Part shown: positions 63,000 through 64,000 of the stretch, one piece after another
Numbering within the stretch: the first letter of the stretch is position 1
Layout: the number at the start of each line of letters is the position of its first letter
NCBI RefSeq assembly: GCF_035594765.1
Contig: NC_085842.1
Location: 9,361,256 to 9,425,255, forward strand
DNA from: Anolis carolinensis
Lineage: Eukaryota
DNA: 64,000 nucleotides
Direction of reading: 5' to 3'
Program-made: the position numbers and the translations under genes
Notes under the pieces: generated by a model
What the model saw: only the letters and a program-made list of their open reading frames with translations
What the model was told of the DNA's origin: nothing
Database searches by the model: none

Positions 63000-63361
63000 C
63001 AGTGGCTCCCAACCTTTTTTTAACTAGGGATCATTTGTCAAGGGACCACTCTCCAAAATTAGTACCAGAAGGGTTATAAATCAGTTTTTGGTCAACTTTA
63101 GATTTGGTTTGGTTATTTGGAGTGATGATTCAGAAAATTGCATTGGATAGACCACGTCAGCTCTCATTCCTGATATGCCATCCAGTTAGTCGTCATCTGC
63201 TCGCCCACAGAAAACCATATTTAATAATCCTCAGGACTATAAGAGGGTTTCGCAAGACCAGTCACTCTCATTGTAATGGTGTAGTAACTGTGAGGCTGTG
63301 AACCCTATTTTAGTTCTTGCGGATCACTGGTGGTCCATGGACCCCAGGTTGGGAACCACTG
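63000..63361. mobile_element. hAT-type non-autonomous transposon with 8-bp TSD
   Basis: CAGTGGCTCCCAACC...GGTTGGGAACCACTG; ttttagct at 62992-62999 and 63362-63369. Confidence 0.9.
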
Positions 63362-64000
63362 TTTTAGCTGGACTGAAGACTTTAGTTTTCCTATAAAATA
63401 ATATGGTCTTGGCTTGTCTTGTGTTTGTTTAATAAACCTCAGACTTTATACCGAGAGAGCCCTGGAACATGAGACCATCAGCCTTGCTTTGTGTGTACTT
63501 ATCCCTGTGTAGAGTGAAACCCTTTCTGGATATGAGACTGTTCAATCCCCACCTTTGGCAAAGGGTCCATTAGGACACACAGTATCCTTCCCCAACTGCA
63601 GAGAATGGAAGACAAAAAATGACTACAACGACTGATGAAGATTCATGAATCCGTTGAGATGGACATATTAACTACATTCATGAAGTATAGAACCGCATTG
63701 AAAGGAAATAAGAGTAAATAGAGATACAAATCATATAGTGAGTGAGTTTTGTAAATTAGCGTTTGATGTCAGTTAGTTTTGTTCTTATTGTCCAAGGTGT
63801 GTGTCCTTGTTCCCTTTATATTTGTTAAATAGTCCTTTTTTTAAAAAAATGTACCAAAATTATTATTTGTATAAAATATTGTTTTTAAATACCAAAATTG
63901 TAATTTGTGTAAACATGCTTTGATTTGTTTTTCTTCTTTAGTCTTTGAATAAATATTGTTTTTTAAAAACGAGTGTGATACAGCAGCTTTGAAAAGCCAG

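Overview
Vertebrate genomic DNA; the repeat repertoire (CR1, L2, Penelope, R4/Dong, hAT MITEs, chromoviral Ty3/Gypsy) suggests a squamate, probably Anolis-like (inference). The window is a C2H2 zinc-finger gene cluster made of a tandem segmental duplication: copy A about 1-31700, copy B about 34119-54600, and a more diverged third unit from about 55500. Each unit carries a + strand zinc-finger gene with no effector exon seen and a convergent - strand SCAN-KRAB-zinc-finger gene. The five coding exons of each - strand gene can be joined in frame by hand. GC/CpG-rich putative bidirectional promoters separate the units and share a 47-bp X-box/CRE/CCAAT module with fixed spacing, present five times. 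Copy A carries several insertions that copy B lacks. The main one is a very young chromoviral (Tf1/Sushi-type) LTR retrotransposon at 7702-13581 with a self-priming PBS, a -1 frameshift pseudoknot and a chromodomain. Its 5' LTR TATA box was itself hit by a Penelope-derived fold-back insertion carrying two opposed hammerhead ribozymes. The others are a young L2 and two solo LTRs. All coordinates and alignments were read by eye; no database search was possible.
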